The position numbers and the translations under genes are program-made. This document shows, one piece after another, positions 52,174 through 62,852 of a stretch of DNA of 64,000 nt (positions are counted from its first letter, which is position 1; every line of letters begins with the position of its first letter). The stretch covers positions 384,001 through 448,000 of the forward strand of contig CAWAWS010000007.1 of the NCBI GenBank assembly GCA_963785725.1, written 5' to 3'. Source of the stretch: an uncultured delta proteobacterium. Its GTDB lineage: Bacteria; Myxococcota_A; Polyangia; Palsa-1104. Under the pieces are notes generated by a model that saw nothing but the letters and a program-made list of their open reading frames with translations, did no database searches and had not been told where the DNA came from.

Positions 52174-54456
52174 GTGAACGGCCTAGAAGGACTCAACCCG
52201 GCGCAACGCGACGCCGTCCTCCACGATCGCGGCCCGCTCCTCATCCTCGCCGGCGCCGGCTCCGGCAAGACGCGCGTCATCACCTTTCGCATCGCCGAGC
52301 TCCTGCGGCGCGGCACCTGGCCCGAGCGCATCCTCGCCGTCACCTTCACCAACAAAGCCGCCGGCGAGCTGCGCGAACGCATCGAGAAGCTGACCGCCGG
52401 CCGCGCGCGCGGCATCTGGGCCGGCACCTTCCACGCCACCTGCGCGCGCCTCCTGCGCATGCACGCCGATCGCGTCGGCCTCGGGCGCGACTTCGTCATC
52501 TTCGACGACAACGACCAGCGCACCCTCGTCTCGCGCGTCTTGAAGGACCTCGGCATCGCCGATCGCTTCGCCACGCCGCGCGCCATGCTCTCGGCCATCG
52601 ACGGCGCCAAGAACCGCGGCGAAGGACCCGACGAACTACAAGGCCACGACTACTTCAGCGATCTCGTGGCGCGCGTCTATCCCGTCTATCAGCAGCGCCT
52701 CGAGCAGGCCAACGGCGTCGACTTCGGCGATCTGCTGCTCAAGTCGCTCAAGCTGTGCCGCGATCCGCAGGTCGGACCGAAGCTGGCCGACCGCTTCGAT
52801 CATGTGCTCGTCGACGAATTCCAGGATACCAATCGGGTCCAATACGACCTCGTGAACCACTTGTCGGGGCGGACGACGAACCTGTGCGTCGTCGGCGATG
52901 ACGATCAATCGATCTACAGCTGGCGCGGCGCCGACGTGCGCAACATCCTCGACTTCGAGCGCGACCATCCCGACGCGAAGACGGTCAAGCTGGAGCAGAA
53001 TTATCGCTCGACGCAGGTGATCCTCGACGCCGCCAACGCCGTCATCGCGCGCAACTTGGAGCGCAAGCAGAAGCGCCTCTTCACCGAGAAGTTGGGCGGC
53101 GAGCTGATTCGCTATCAAACGGCCGAGGATGAGCGCGCGGAGGCACAGTTCGTAGTACGAACCATTCAACGGCTGTGCATCGACGACGGCCGCGCGCCCG
53201 CCGATTTTGCCGTATTTTACCGCACGCACGCGCAGTCGCGCGCGCTCGAAGAGGCGCTGCTCGGCGCCGATCTGCCCTACGCCGTCATCGGCGGCATTCG
53301 CTTTTACGATCGCGCCGAGGTCAAGGATCTGCTGGCCTACTTGCGCGTCTTGGCCAATCCTGCCGACGAGGTCTCGCTCGAGCGCGTCATCAACAAGCCC
53401 ACGCGCGGCATCGGCGAGTCGACCTACGAGCGCGTCGTGGCGCGGGCGCGCGCCGAGTCGATCACGGTCTGGCAGGCCATGGAGTCGATCACGCGGACGG
53501 GCGACGTCGAGCTGTCGGCGGCGCCGCGCAAGAAGCTGGCCGGCTTCATCGACATGATGGACGACCTGCGCAACGAGTTCGTCAAGCATCCGGGCTCGCT
53601 GGGCGCGCTCGCCGACGCCGTGCTCGAGCGGACGCAATACCTCGAGCGGCTGGCCGCCGATGGGACGCACGAGTCGCAGGAGCGCATCGAGAACCTGCTC
53701 GAGCTCACGGGATCGATCAAAGATTACGAAGGCGAGACGTTCGCGCGCGACGGCGTGGCGCCGACGATTCACGATTACCTCGAGCAGGTGTCGCTGGTGG
53801 CGCCGTCGGATGCCGCGCAAAAAGGCGTGACGCTGATGACGGTGCATGCGGCCAAGGGCTTGGAGTTTCCGGTCGTGTTCGTGACCGGGCTCGAAGACGG
53901 CGTGTTTCCCTCGCTGCGCAACGGTGAAGATCAGGCGGCGCTGGAAGAGGAGCGGCGCCTGGCGTACGTCGCGATGACGCGCGCCGAGGAGCGGCTGTAC
54001 CTCACCAACGCGCGCGCGCGCCGGCTCTACGGTCAGGAGGCGCGGCCGTTTCGCGAGAGTCGCTTCTTGGCTGACGTTCCCGAAGCCTGCATCGAGCGGC
54101 CGGTCAATCAGCCGCGCTCGCGGCCGGCGTGGATGGAGCGCGGGCACGACGACGCCGTGGACGACGGCTTCGCCGGCGGGCAGAGCGGCCGGATCGGCGG
54201 CGGCGGCGCGGCGGCGAGCGCGCGCACGGTCGAACGCGACGGCGGCATCTCCGTCGAATACGACAGCGACGGCGGCAGCGGCGGCGAAGACGACGTCGAG
54301 GGCATCTTTCGCATGGGCCAGCGCGTGCGCCATCCGAAGTTCGGCGAAGGCGAGGTCCGCGGCTTCACCGGCTCGGGCGCCGACCTGAAATTGACCGTCT
54401 ATTTCCCGAAAGTGGGGCCGAAGACGATCGTCGCGCGCTTCGTGGAGCTCGCTTGA
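52174..54456 (+). CDS. uvrD: ATP-dependent DNA helicase UvrD/PcrA
   Basis: ILAGAGSGKT, VTFTNKAA, VDEFQDTN, VGDDDQSIYSWRGA, QNYRST, TVHAAKGLEF, EEERRLAYVAMTRA, RVRHPKFGEG. Confidence 0.96.
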   Translation: MNGLEGLNPAQRDAVLHDRGPLLILAGAGSGKTRVITFRIAELLRRGTWPERILAVTFTNKAAGELRERIEKLTAGRARGIWAGTFHATCARLLRMHADRVGLGRDFVIFDDNDQRTLVSRVLKDLGIADRFATPRAMLSAIDGAKNRGEGPDELQGHDYFSDLVARVYPVYQQRLEQANGVDFGDLLLKSLKLCRDPQVGPKLADRFDHVLVDEFQDTNRVQYDLVNHLSGRTTNLCVVGDDDQSIYSWRGADVRNILDFERDHPDAKTVKLEQNYRSTQVILDAANAVIARNLERKQKRLFTEKLGGELIRYQTAEDERAEAQFVVRTIQRLCIDDGRAPADFAVFYRTHAQSRALEEALLGADLPYAVIGGIRFYDRAEVKDLLAYLRVLANPADEVSLERVINKPTRGIGESTYERVVARARAESITVWQAMESITRTGDVELSAAPRKKLAGFIDMMDDLRNEFVKHPGSLGALADAVLERTQYLERLAADGTHESQERIENLLELTGSIKDYEGETFARDGVAPTIHDYLEQVSLVAPSDAAQKGVTLMTVHAAKGLEFPVVFVTGLEDGVFPSLRNGEDQAALEEERRLAYVAMTRAEERLYLTNARARRLYGQEARPFRESRFLADVPEACIERPVNQPRSRPAWMERGHDDAVDDGFAGGQSGRIGGGGAAASARTVERDGGISVEYDSDGGSGGEDDVEGIFRMGQRVRHPKFGEGEVRGFTGSGADLKLTVYFPKVGPKTIVARFVELA

Positions 54457-55634
54457 GGAAGCGGCTGCGCGCGCTGTGGCAGACGCTTTTGCACGAGCAT
54501 ACGGCGCCGATTCGGCTGGCGGCGGCGGTGCTCGTCGGCTGCATCGTCGGCTGCACGCCGCTGTTCGGCTTTCACATTCTGCTCTGTCTGGCGCTGGCGT
54601 TCGTGCTGCGGCTGAACAAGCTCGTCGTCTATGGCGCGGCCAATTTGTCGATTCCGCCGCTGGTGCCGTTCATCGGCTTCGCGTCGGTGCAGCTGGGTGA
54701 GCGCGCGCTGCATGGTCGCTGGCTGGCGCTTACGCGGCACGATTTTCGGCTCGATCAGGTGCGGCAGCTGGCGCGGCTCTTCTTCGTCGACTGGATGATC
54801 GGCGGCGCCATCTTGGGCACGACTATCGGTCTCGTCGCCGGCGCCATCACGTTCGCGATCTTGCGCGCGCGGCGACGTTCGGCCGACGCGCCCGGCCCGG
54901 CGGCGACGGCCGAAGACGGTGGCGTGACCGACGGCGCGGTCGCGATCGCCGGCGCCGGCCTGGTCGCCGCCGATGCCACGGACGATGGGCTGACGGCCGC
55001 CATCGAGCGCGCGCGCGACCGTTACGATGGGCTGCATCCGCGCTTCAAGTGGTACGCGCGCATGAAGTACGTGATGGATCCGGCCTATCGCGCCATCGTC
55101 GCGCGCGTGCCGGCCGGCGCCTTCGCCGTCGATCTCGGCAGCGGCCTCGGCATGCTCCCCGTGCTGCTCGGCGTCGTCGGCGGCGAGCGGCGCGCGCTCG
55201 GCGTCGAATGGGACGCCGCCAAAGTCGCCTGCGGCGTCCACGCGGCGCGCGGCCTGACCGGCGTCGACGTCGTCGCCGGCGACGCGCGCAGCTTCGCCAT
55301 CCCGCCCTGCGACGTGGTCACGCTCGTCGACATGCTCCACTATTGGGACGTCGACACGCAGCGCGCGCTCTTGGCCCGCTGCCGCGCCGCGCTCCGCCCC
55401 GGCGGCCGCCTGCTCGTCCGCGAAGGCGATCGCGCCAGGCGCGGCGGCGCCCGCTTCACGCGCGTCGTCGAGCGCGTCGTCACGCGGCTCGGCTGGAACC
55501 GCGGACCGGCCGTGCACTTCCGCGCCGTCGCCGACCTGCGCGCCGACTTGGAGGCGCTCGGCTTCACCGTCACCGTCGACGAAGTCGCCGCCCGCACGCA
55601 CCCCGGCAACGTCCTCATCGTCTGCCAAGCCTGA
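54453..55634 (+). CDS. DUF2062 membrane domain fused to a class I SAM-dependent methyltransferase
   Basis: EHTAPIRLAAAV...GCTPLFGFH...RLNK...ANLSIPP; VDLGSGLG, VDMLHY, ALRPGGRLLVRE. Confidence 0.8.
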   Translation: MRKRLRALWQTLLHEHTAPIRLAAAVLVGCIVGCTPLFGFHILLCLALAFVLRLNKLVVYGAANLSIPPLVPFIGFASVQLGERALHGRWLALTRHDFRLDQVRQLARLFFVDWMIGGAILGTTIGLVAGAITFAILRARRRSADAPGPAATAEDGGVTDGAVAIAGAGLVAADATDDGLTAAIERARDRYDGLHPRFKWYARMKYVMDPAYRAIVARVPAGAFAVDLGSGLGMLPVLLGVVGGERRALGVEWDAAKVACGVHAARGLTGVDVVAGDARSFAIPPCDVVTLVDMLHYWDVDTQRALLARCRAALRPGGRLLVREGDRARRGGARFTRVVERVVTRLGWNRGPAVHFRAVADLRADLEALGFTVTVDEVAARTHPGNVLIVCQA

Positions 55635-55654
55635 CCTCGCGGCACTTCTCGCGC

Positions 55655-55796
55655 TTGGGGGCGAACGTCGGCGCTGCGAGACCGAGCCCGAAATAAACCT
55701 CCCACACCGTTGCGCGCTCAACCGATGTCCGGCCCGACGGAGCTCCAGCTCGCGCGCGCACCGCGCGCCCGCGAGCTTCCGCCGCCGGCGCAACCC
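55655..55796 (+). repeat. Dispersed ~150-bp element, copy 4
   Basis: ttgggggcgaacgtcggcgctgcgagaccgagcccgaaataaacc...gatgtccggcccgacggagc. Confidence 0.85.
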
Positions 55797-55964
55797 GCAC
55801 GACCGATCGTCCACCGCCCGAAGCGCACGCCGCAAACCGAACGGCGGCCCACCGCCCGTCACCGCTCGGCGACCGCGAACGGCCGTCGCACCCGGCGCGG
55901 CGCCGCGAACAGCCGTCCCCCTCGCCTCACCGCGCCCCGAACGACGGCCGCGCCAGTCGCCGCG

Positions 55965-56175
55965 CCCGCGACCCCCCGCCGCATGCGCACCCGCGCCCCA
56001 GCCGCCGACCGGCGACCCCCCGCCGCCAATGCTCGACCGGCAGCCGCCCGCGCCCGTCGCCGACCGGCGACCCCCCGCCGCATGCCCGACCGGCAGCCGC
56101 CCGCGCCCGTCGCCGACCGGCGACCGCCCGTCGCATGCCCGACCGGCAGCCGCCCGCGCCCGTCGCCGACCGGCC
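55965..56175. repeat. Degenerate ~53-bp tandem repeats (cgaccggcagccgcccgcgcccgtcgccgaccggcg...)
   Basis: Three to four visible units. Confidence 0.8.
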
Positions 56176-56687
56176 TACGGCCGCCGCAACAGCGGCGCCG
56201 GATCCACCGCCCAGAACGCATGCAACGCCGGGTAAACCCCGAAGTGCAGATGCGGCGGCGTCCCGCGCGCATTGCCCGTCGTGCCCACCTGCCCCAGCAC
56301 GTCGCCGCCGTCGACCCGCTCGCCGACGCGCAGTCCCGGCCGAAACGCCTGCAAATGCGCATAATAATAAAGCCGCGCGCCGCCGCCCGCGACCCACACG
56401 ACGTTGCCGCCGAGCCGATCCTGCCCGATCCTCACGACCTCGCCGCCGCACGCCGCCACGACGGGCGTGCCGCGCTTGGCGAAGATGTCGATCCCCTGAT
56501 GCCGCCGATGCTCCGAGCGCGGCTCGCCGAACGAGCTGCGCAGCGACGCGCGCGCCACGCCGGCGACCGGCACCTGCAGCGACACCGGCGCCACGTTGCG
56601 CGCCAGCGCCCACGCCGTCCGATGCGTCACGATCAACCCCAACGCGCCGACGAACGCCGCGACCACGAGCCCGCGTTTCCACCGCAT
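56175..56687 (-). CDS. M23 family metallopeptidase
   Basis: HQGIDI (HxxxD), YYYAHL, GQVGTTGNA, HLHFG. Confidence 0.93.
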   Translation of the reverse strand: MRWKRGLVVAAFVGALGLIVTHRTAWALARNVAPVSLQVPVAGVARASLRSSFGEPRSEHRRHQGIDIFAKRGTPVVAACGGEVVRIGQDRLGGNVVWVAGGGARLYYYAHLQAFRPGLRVGERVDGGDVLGQVGTTGNARGTPPHLHFGVYPALHAFWAVDPAPLLRRP

Positions 56688-56781
56688 GTTGTTGTTACGT
56701 CAGCTGCGCCGCCCGAGCTTCCCGCGGCCCAAACGGCGAGACTTCGCGGCCGAAGACGTAAAACGGCCGCGGCAAACGGGC

Positions 56782-58044
56782 CTAATCCGGCTGCGCCACC
56801 GTCGTCACGACGAGATCGGCCTCTTGCCGCCCGCGCTGGACATGCAGCGTGATCTTGCGCCCCACGCCCGCGTTCGCCGACAGCCAACGCAGCCGCTCGG
56901 CATCGTCGACGACGACGCCGTCGAACTTCGCGATGACGTCGCCGCGCCGAATGCCCACCTTCGCCGCCGGCGAGCCCGAGACCACGGTGCCGACGAGCGC
57001 GCCCGTCGGCAGCACGATGCCGGCGCGCCGCGAATCGGCGGCATCGATCGGTCGAATGCCGATCCACGACCGCTGCACCTTGCCGAACTTCTTGAAGTCC
57101 GCGACCACCGACTTCGCCATGTCGATCGGCACCGCGAACGCCAAACCTTGCGCGCGCGCGTTGATGGCGGTGTTGATGCCGACGACGTTGCCGTGCATGT
57201 CGTAGAGCGGTCCGCCCGAGTTGCCGGGGTTGATGGCGGCGTCGGTCTGAATGAAGTCCCAATAGCCGTTGTTCATGCCGCCGAGATCGTCGCCGCGCCG
57301 GCCTTTGGCGCTGACGATGCCCGCCGTCACCGTCGACGACAGGCCGTAGGGCTCGCCGATGGCCACGACCCACTCGCCGACCTCGAGCTTGTTGCTGTCG
57401 CCCAATTCCGCCGGCACCAGATCTTTGGCGTCGATGTGCAAGAGCGCCACTTCCGTCTGCGGATCGCGGGCGACGACGCGCGCCTTGAACTGCCGCTTGT
57501 CGCTGAGCAAGACGACGATCTCGTCGGCGACGCGGCCGCCCAACTCCTCGGGCGCGACCACGTGATTGTTGGTGATGATGTCGCCGTCGCTGCTGATGAT
57601 GAAGCCGGTGCCGAGCGACTGCGCGCGCTCGTCGGGCGGCTGCACGAGCCGATAGAACGGCGAGTCCTCGCCGAACGGGAACACCGCCACCGGCCGCTGC
57701 TTGATGAGCGCGGTCGTGTGAATGTTCACCACCGACGGCATCGCCCGCTTGACCAGCTCGACGAACGACGTCGGCGCGCCCGCCACCGGCACGACCGGCT
57801 GTCCCGCCCGCGCCGGATAGACCGCCTGCCCGGGTGTCGCCACCGTCGGTGGCGCGGTCGTCGCTTCCAGCTTCTGGTCCGGCTTGCCGTCCGCCTTGGC
57901 GACGGCGAATCCGGCTTGATGCCCGTCGACGCCGACGTGCTCCGATTGCGCGTGCGACAGACGCCCGCGATCGATCAAGGCCATCGCGATGAGCGACCCG
58001 ATCCCGGCCGCGGCGACGAGGCTAACGCTTTTTCGCATCCACAT
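56782..58044 (-). CDS. HtrA/DegP-like serine protease with PDZ domain
   Basis: GTGFII, TNNHVV, FIQTDAAINPGNSGGPL, SPAAKVGIRRGDVI. Confidence 0.94.
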   Translation of the reverse strand: MWMRKSVSLVAAAGIGSLIAMALIDRGRLSHAQSEHVGVDGHQAGFAVAKADGKPDQKLEATTAPPTVATPGQAVYPARAGQPVVPVAGAPTSFVELVKRAMPSVVNIHTTALIKQRPVAVFPFGEDSPFYRLVQPPDERAQSLGTGFIISSDGDIITNNHVVAPEELGGRVADEIVVLLSDKRQFKARVVARDPQTEVALLHIDAKDLVPAELGDSNKLEVGEWVVAIGEPYGLSSTVTAGIVSAKGRRGDDLGGMNNGYWDFIQTDAAINPGNSGGPLYDMHGNVVGINTAINARAQGLAFAVPIDMAKSVVADFKKFGKVQRSWIGIRPIDAADSRRAGIVLPTGALVGTVVSGSPAAKVGIRRGDVIAKFDGVVVDDAERLRWLSANAGVGRKITLHVQRGRQEADLVVTTVAQPD

Positions 58045-58318
58045 ACTTCATCCGTAAATCGTAGAGGAGGTTTTCGATCAGCTGCGCTTCCTCTTGCGAA
58101 AGGTTGCCACGCGTCTTGTCACGCAGCATGCCCAGGATGTCGATCGTCTGCTTGGCCAGCGGCAAATTCCGCTGTCCGGCGCCCGCTTCCGGATGCGCGA
58201 GCTCGCCGAGATGCACCAGCACCGACGACGCCAACGACATCACGAACATGCCGAAGTCGAGCTCCGGCTCTTCGGTTTGCTCTGCCTGCTGCGGATCTTG
58301 CGGCTGCTCGTCGCTCAT
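58022..58318 (-). CDS. DUF1844 family protein
   Basis: FGMFVMSL...HLGE...AKQTIDILGML..KTRGNL...LYDLRMKYV. Confidence 0.85.
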   Translation of the reverse strand: MSDEQPQDPQQAEQTEEPELDFGMFVMSLASSVLVHLGELAHPEAGAGQRNLPLAKQTIDILGMLRDKTRGNLSQEEAQLIENLLYDLRMKYVDAKKR

Positions 58319-58713
58319 GTGTCCGACCTCGGGATCTCGACGGTGAGCACGCCTGCTTCCAGGCGCACGCGGCGGCGCGCGGCGTCGGCCCCGCTGGGAA
58401 GCTCGACCGCGCACTGGAATTCGCCGTAGCTGCGTTCGAGTCGGTGATAGGCCGCGCCTTCGCCGCGAAAATGGCGCGCGCCGCGCACGGTGAGCGCGCG
58501 GCCGTCGGCCTCGACGGAGACGTCGGCGTTCTCGACGCCCGGCAATTCGACGGTGACGACGATTTCGTCGTCGGTGGCGTAGACATCGGTGGCGGGCGCA
58601 AAAGGGTGCTCGATCGCGGTCGCTACACGCGCGCCGCGTTCGTCGAACAGACGATTCATGCGCTCGCGCAGTAGCGCCAGGGCACGCGTACCGTCCCAGT
58701 CGTTGACGCCCAT
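58315..58713 (-). CDS. Hsp20/alpha-crystallin small heat-shock protein
   Basis: PATDVY, VELPGV, LERSYGEF, AGVLTVEIP. Confidence 0.9.
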   Translation of the reverse strand: MGVNDWDGTRALALLRERMNRLFDERGARVATAIEHPFAPATDVYATDDEIVVTVELPGVENADVSVEADGRALTVRGARHFRGEGAAYHRLERSYGEFQCAVELPSGADAARRRVRLEAGVLTVEIPRSDT

Positions 58714-58746
58714 CGCCGGCAGTCTACGACGTCGACGCCGCTTCCG

Positions 58747-58977
58747 CTACTCGTGCGCGGCGCCGTTGGCGCCTGGGTCTTCCTCGTCGTCCTCATCGTC
58801 CAGGTCGTCGTCATCGTCGTCGACGGCCGAGAGGTCGATCGGCGCCTGCTTTCCAGCGGCGTCGGCAATGGTCTTGAGATGCTTCTCAAGGTCCTTCTTG
58901 GTAATCTGCCCCTTGCGAAAGCGGCGCTCCAGGGTTCGGACGTCCCAGAATCGCGGGTCATCCCGTTGAATAGTCAT
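58747..58977 (-). CDS. Small hypothetical protein with acidic tail
   Basis: WDVRTLERRFRKGQITKKDLEKHL; typical codon usage. Confidence 0.7.
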   Translation of the reverse strand: MTIQRDDPRFWDVRTLERRFRKGQITKKDLEKHLKTIADAAGKQAPIDLSAVDDDDDDLDDEDDEEDPGANGAAHE

Positions 58978-59231
58978 GGCGGGGCGTTAGTAGCAACGAC
59001 GGCGCGCGGTGTCAATTGCCGCAGCTTTCGTGACAGTCAGCGCCGGCCGCGTCGGTCGGGCGGAATCCGCCGTTTTCGCGGCCGCTGCCGTCGCTGCCGA
59101 TGTCTGACACACGCTAGCGCCATGCAACGAGCCCGCTCCGGCCGCATGCGGCACAAATGCGCACAAGCGACGACCGTCCGCCTCGTTCGCGGCGTGATAC
59201 CATCTATCGGTCGTCTATTTGGAGTTGTCCC

Positions 59232-59849
59232 ATGCGTAGCTTATTCGGCCTTTTGATCGCGATTTCTTCCCTCGTGTCGACCGGCTGCACGCGGGCGAAC
59301 CCCGATGCGTTCAACCTACCGCAGCAAGATCTGCTCTCGCCCGGCGGCACCGGTGGCAATGGCGGCGGATCTTCGGGCGGCGGCGTGGCCGGCGGCGGCG
59401 GCGTGGCCGGCGGCGGCGGCGTCATCGCCGGCGAGGATCTCGCCGTCACCCACGATCTCGAGGTCGAGTCGCACGACATGGCCGAGACGACGTCGGGCAT
59501 CCGCTGCGGCACGACGATCTGCAGCGCCTCGTCGAAGGACTCGTGTTGCATCACGGCCACGAGCCAGATGTGCATCGACATCAACATGACCTGCGGCACC
59601 GGCGGCGTCGTCTTCGCCTGCGACGGCCCCGAAGACTGCACCAACGCCGCGCCCGGCGACACCACGTGCTGCGGCTCGGCCGGCGCCACGACGACCGGCA
59701 AAGGCTCGACCTGCGGCAGCGCCCTCAATCCCGCCTGCGTGCCGCTGTGCCACACGCTGGACGACTGCGGCAACCTCACCGGTTACGTCGGCTGCTGCGC
59801 CGTCGCCAACACGCCTTACAGCCGCTGCAGCCGCACCGCCTGCAAATAG
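59232..59849 (+). CDS. Cys-rich lipoprotein with Gly-rich linker
   Basis: Lipobox STGC; ACDGPEDC, CC pairs. Confidence 0.75.
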   Translation: MRSLFGLLIAISSLVSTGCTRANPDAFNLPQQDLLSPGGTGGNGGGSSGGGVAGGGGVAGGGGVIAGEDLAVTHDLEVESHDMAETTSGIRCGTTICSASSKDSCCITATSQMCIDINMTCGTGGVVFACDGPEDCTNAAPGDTTCCGSAGATTTGKGSTCGSALNPACVPLCHTLDDCGNLTGYVGCCAVANTPYSRCSRTACK

Positions 59850-59915
59850 CGCACGTTCGAACCCGGCGGCGGCGGTTGGGCGACTCGCCCAAGCTGTGCT
59901 ACCTCTTTGGGCCAC

Positions 59916-60911
<996 letters not shown>

Positions 60912-60915
60912 AAAC

Positions 60916-61806
60916 ATGCTTCCGCGCGAGCTGATCAAGAAGATCCGCCGAATCGAAATCGTGACTGCGCGGCAGGCGCAGAATCAATTGGCGGGCGCTT
61001 ATCATTCGGTCTTCAAAGGGCTTGGTATGGCCTTTTCCGAAGTGCGCCAATATCAGCCGGGCGACGACGTTCGCCTTATCGACTGGAATGTCACGGCGCG
61101 TATCGGCGAGGCTTACGTCAAGCTGTTCGTCGAAGAGCGCGAGATGACGGTCATGCTGCTCGTCGACGCCTCGGGCTCGGGCGCGTTCGGCTCGCGCGAG
61201 CAGCCCAAGCGCGAAGTCGCCGCCGAAATCGCCGCGTTATTGGCATTCTCGGCGATCAAAAACAATGACCGCATCGGCCTCATCATCTTCACCGATCAAG
61301 TCGAGAAATTCGTACCGCCGAAAAAGGGAAAGAAACACGTTTTGGCGTTGATCACGGAGATTTTGACGTTTCAACCGAAGTCGAAACGAACCGATTTGCG
61401 CGTTGGTTTGGAGTTCCTCGGCAAGGTGGCGCGGCGTCGCTCGGTGGCGTTTCTCGTGAGCGACTTCATTGTCGACGGCGGCGCGCTCAAGTACGAGAAA
61501 GCGATGCGCATCGCCAAGCGTAAGCACGACTTGGTGCCGGTAACGATTACCGATCCGATGGAAGAGGAATTACCGGACGTCGGATATGTTTATTTCGAAG
61601 ACGTGGAGACGGGCGAAGTGGTCGCGTTCGATACCAGCGGACCGGGTCGCGCGCGTTATTCCAAAGCGGTCCGTAAACAGCGCGAAGAGCGCGATCAGCT
61701 ATTCAAGCGGCATTCGATGGACTTCGTGAACGTGCGCACCGATCAACCTTACGTGGCCGCGCTCGTGGCGTTCTTCCGCGCGCGCGAGCGGAGAATGCGT
61801 CACTGA
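60916..61806 (+). CDS. DUF58 domain protein
   Basis: SVFKGLGMAFSEVRQYQPGDDVRLIDWNVTAR, EEREM, FLVSDF. Confidence 0.94.
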   Translation: MLPRELIKKIRRIEIVTARQAQNQLAGAYHSVFKGLGMAFSEVRQYQPGDDVRLIDWNVTARIGEAYVKLFVEEREMTVMLLVDASGSGAFGSREQPKREVAAEIAALLAFSAIKNNDRIGLIIFTDQVEKFVPPKKGKKHVLALITEILTFQPKSKRTDLRVGLEFLGKVARRRSVAFLVSDFIVDGGALKYEKAMRIAKRKHDLVPVTITDPMEEELPDVGYVYFEDVETGEVVAFDTSGPGRARYSKAVRKQREERDQLFKRHSMDFVNVRTDQPYVAALVAFFRARERRMRH

Positions 61807-62852
61807 TGCGCGCCTGGGTCGCGGGCGCGGTGCTGCTTTTTGCGACGTTGGCGTCGGCGGCTGCGCCCGATCTCGGCGGCGACGACGCCGTCGAAGATCC
61901 GAACGCGCCGACGGTCGGCGTCTCGCTCGATCGCTCGGAGGCGCACGTCGGCGATCGCTTGACGCTGACGGTGAGCGCGGTGGCCAAAGCGGGCGTGGCG
62001 GTGACGCTGCCGCAGAAGCTCGAGCTCGGCAAGCTGGAGCTGCTCGATCGCAACGACGGCGAGCGGCTGGGGCGCGATCTCGGCGACGGGCGGCGCTCGC
62101 ATCGCTTCGTGCTCGGCGTCGCGGCCTATGAAACGGGCGAGCTGGAAGTGCCGTCGCTCGAGGTCAGCTATCTGACGCCGACGGGCGAGGTGCACACCGT
62201 CGCCACCGACCCGGTCTCGGTGTCGATCAAGCCGCTCGTGGCCGCCGACGAGCCGCATCCCGATGCGCAGCCGGAGCGGCCGACGCGCTCGGCGTTCGTC
62301 GAGGATCAGCGCGTCATTCGCGCGCTCAAGTGGAGCGGCGCCATCGCCGGCGGCCTCGTGGCGCTGGCGCTCGTCGTGTTCTTCATTCGCCGCGCGCTCA
62401 AGCGTCGACTGCCGGAAGCGGCGCTGGCGGCGCTGGCGGCGCCGGCGCGTCCGCCCGAGGAAGTGGCGATGGAGCGGCTCACCGCGCTGCGCGCCGCCGG
62501 CAACTACGGCGTCGACGGCTATCGTCCGTTCTATTTCGCGCTGGCCGAGATCGTGCGCGCGTATCTCGGCGCGCGTTACGGCTTCGACTCGATCGAGCTG
62601 ACGACGACCGAGCTGCTCGACGAGCTCACGCGCCGCGCGCCGCATCTGACGACCGACGGCGGCGAAGTGCCGCGCTTCTTGGCCGACACCGATCTCGTGA
62701 AGTTCGCCAAAGCCGGCTCGACCGAAGGCGGCGCGACGCTGGCGCTCGACGCCGCGCAAGCGATCGTGTTGTCGACGGCGGCGCCGCTCGAGCAAGTGGC
62801 GCAATCGATCTCGGGCCCGGTGCGTTTGCCACGCGAGGTGGACGGTGGATAA
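61806..62852 (+). CDS. Exported/membrane protein of the MoxR-Bat operon
   Basis: Signal peptide, Ig-like N-terminal part, TM, then IVRAYL..RY...ELTTTE...DLVKFAK. Confidence 0.8.
   Translation: MRAWVAGAVLLFATLASAAAPDLGGDDAVEDPNAPTVGVSLDRSEAHVGDRLTLTVSAVAKAGVAVTLPQKLELGKLELLDRNDGERLGRDLGDGRRSHRFVLGVAAYETGELEVPSLEVSYLTPTGEVHTVATDPVSVSIKPLVAADEPHPDAQPERPTRSAFVEDQRVIRALKWSGAIAGGLVALALVVFFIRRALKRRLPEAALAALAAPARPPEEVAMERLTALRAAGNYGVDGYRPFYFALAEIVRAYLGARYGFDSIELTTTELLDELTRRAPHLTTDGGEVPRFLADTDLVKFAKAGSTEGGATLALDAAQAIVLSTAAPLEQVAQSISGPVRLPREVDGG

Noticed and set aside
60950..61700. Lower-GC patch in the DUF58 gene as horizontal transfer or a third box domain
   Set aside because: The gene is an intact member of the moxR-Bat operon, and no TGGT-N3-ACCA boxes were seen there.
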